A stretch of DNA of 64,000 bases from Mobula hypostoma (Eukaryota). The notes beneath the pieces were generated by a model. The model was not told the DNA's origin and made no database searches. It was given only the letters and a program-made list of their open reading frames with translations. Shown in pieces: positions 63,050-64,000 of this stretch. The stretch lies in contig NC_086103.1 of the NCBI RefSeq assembly GCF_963921235.1, positions 9,114,001 to 9,178,000 on the forward strand. The letters are read 5' to 3'. The translations under genes were made by a program, and so were the position numbers. Within the stretch, counting starts at the first letter, position 1, and every line of letters begins with the position of its first letter.

Positions 63050-63275
63050 TTCCACGGAGCTGCTGGTTATCCCGTTTTCACTGTGTCTGATCTTCCGTGA
63101 TGGCGGCTGAGTCATGAAGGGGGTTGTACGGATCACTCATCACATCTCAGCCCCCGATTGGTGGAGAAACTTATTCATATGCACCAATCACGATTCTGCA
63201 CATTTCTTAAAGCGAGCTGGGAAAAAAAGGTGCACAGAATTGTATTTATTGTTGTACAATTAAAATTTCTTTCTG
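63050..63275 (-). promoter_or_regulatory. Conserved promoter of V7
   Basis: GTGATGGCGGCTG; GGGGTTGTACGGATCAC; ATTGG 63157-63161; CCAAT 63184-63188; TTTCTTAAAGC; GTACAATT. Confidence 0.8.
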
Positions 63276-64000
63276 CCTCTGGATATTACTTTTTTGTTTG
63301 GTTTTGTGTTCTGCTCATCAGGTTTCTCAGAATCTGTATTCAAATTAAAATATTAAACACTAAGTATGAACAAATTGTTTATGAGGCGACAAAGCTGCAT
63401 TGGACTCAAAAATCTAACCCCAAATTTGACACAGGTATATTATTCTTTCCTCAACTTACAACCATTTTGAGCTCTTGATTATGAGTCTACAGAGCCATGG
63501 TATCGCTTGGCATTTAATCAGGAATTATATTTTCAATTTACTGTCATGGTCTGCATTTCGAGTGACAAATATGGGTACGATTTACCCAAATGAACAAACT
63601 TAAAGTAGAAATGTAAAATATTGAAGCTTTGAAAAAGGACCGCAAATACTGGAAGAACTACATATGTTTGGCAGCGTCTGCGAGAAGGAAAATGTACCAC
63701 TTTCAATAATTTGCTGAAAACATTAATATTGGAATATATGACACCAATATTCGAATATATAAGACCTGAAGTTTGTGACCAGTACAAAGAAGCCGGCAGG
63801 AAAAATCATGGTGGACACTACCCACGCAACTGCTGCCTTTTCGAAAAATTTAGTTTTGGACATCTCTATAGGGCGTTTAAAAATAATACTTAAGTCCATC
63901 TTAAAAGTTTCTTCGCTCAAAGAGTTAATATAATTAACGATTCCATTTAGAAACTCCACCCCCTCCATCTATTACCTCAGTCACTGCACTGAACTGTAAA

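Overview
Vertebrate genomic DNA, most likely a cartilaginous fish (shark or ray; inferred from the protocadherin sequences and the CR1/L2/Rex/Penelope repeat content). The window is the interior of a clustered protocadherin (cPcdh) variable-exon array. Seven intact ~2.45-kb variable exons lie on the minus strand, each encoding a signal peptide, six cadherin repeats, a TM helix and a variable cytoplasmic domain. Each ends in a phase-0 (G/C)AG|GT(G/A)AG donor and has its own conserved promoter. No constant exons are recognisable; they would lie to the left of the window. The exons form two interleaved subfamilies (left to right A,A,A,B,B,A,B), and a relic of an eighth, deleted exon survives at ~14.85-15.09 kb. 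Spacers are full of decayed retroelements and DNA transposons. Most notable observations: (1) an out-of-frame upstream ATG exactly 16 nt before the start codon in all seven paralogs, giving an overlapping uORF; (2) a shared promoter built on two inverted CCAAT boxes with no conserved CGCT core; (3) minimal hammerhead ribozymes in Penelope-like elements, mostly on the Pcdh sense strand; (4) gene-conversion-like tracts that include EC2; (5) a conserved PPxY/YxxPhi motif in the variable cytoplasmic domain. Genes are numbered V1-V7 from left to right.
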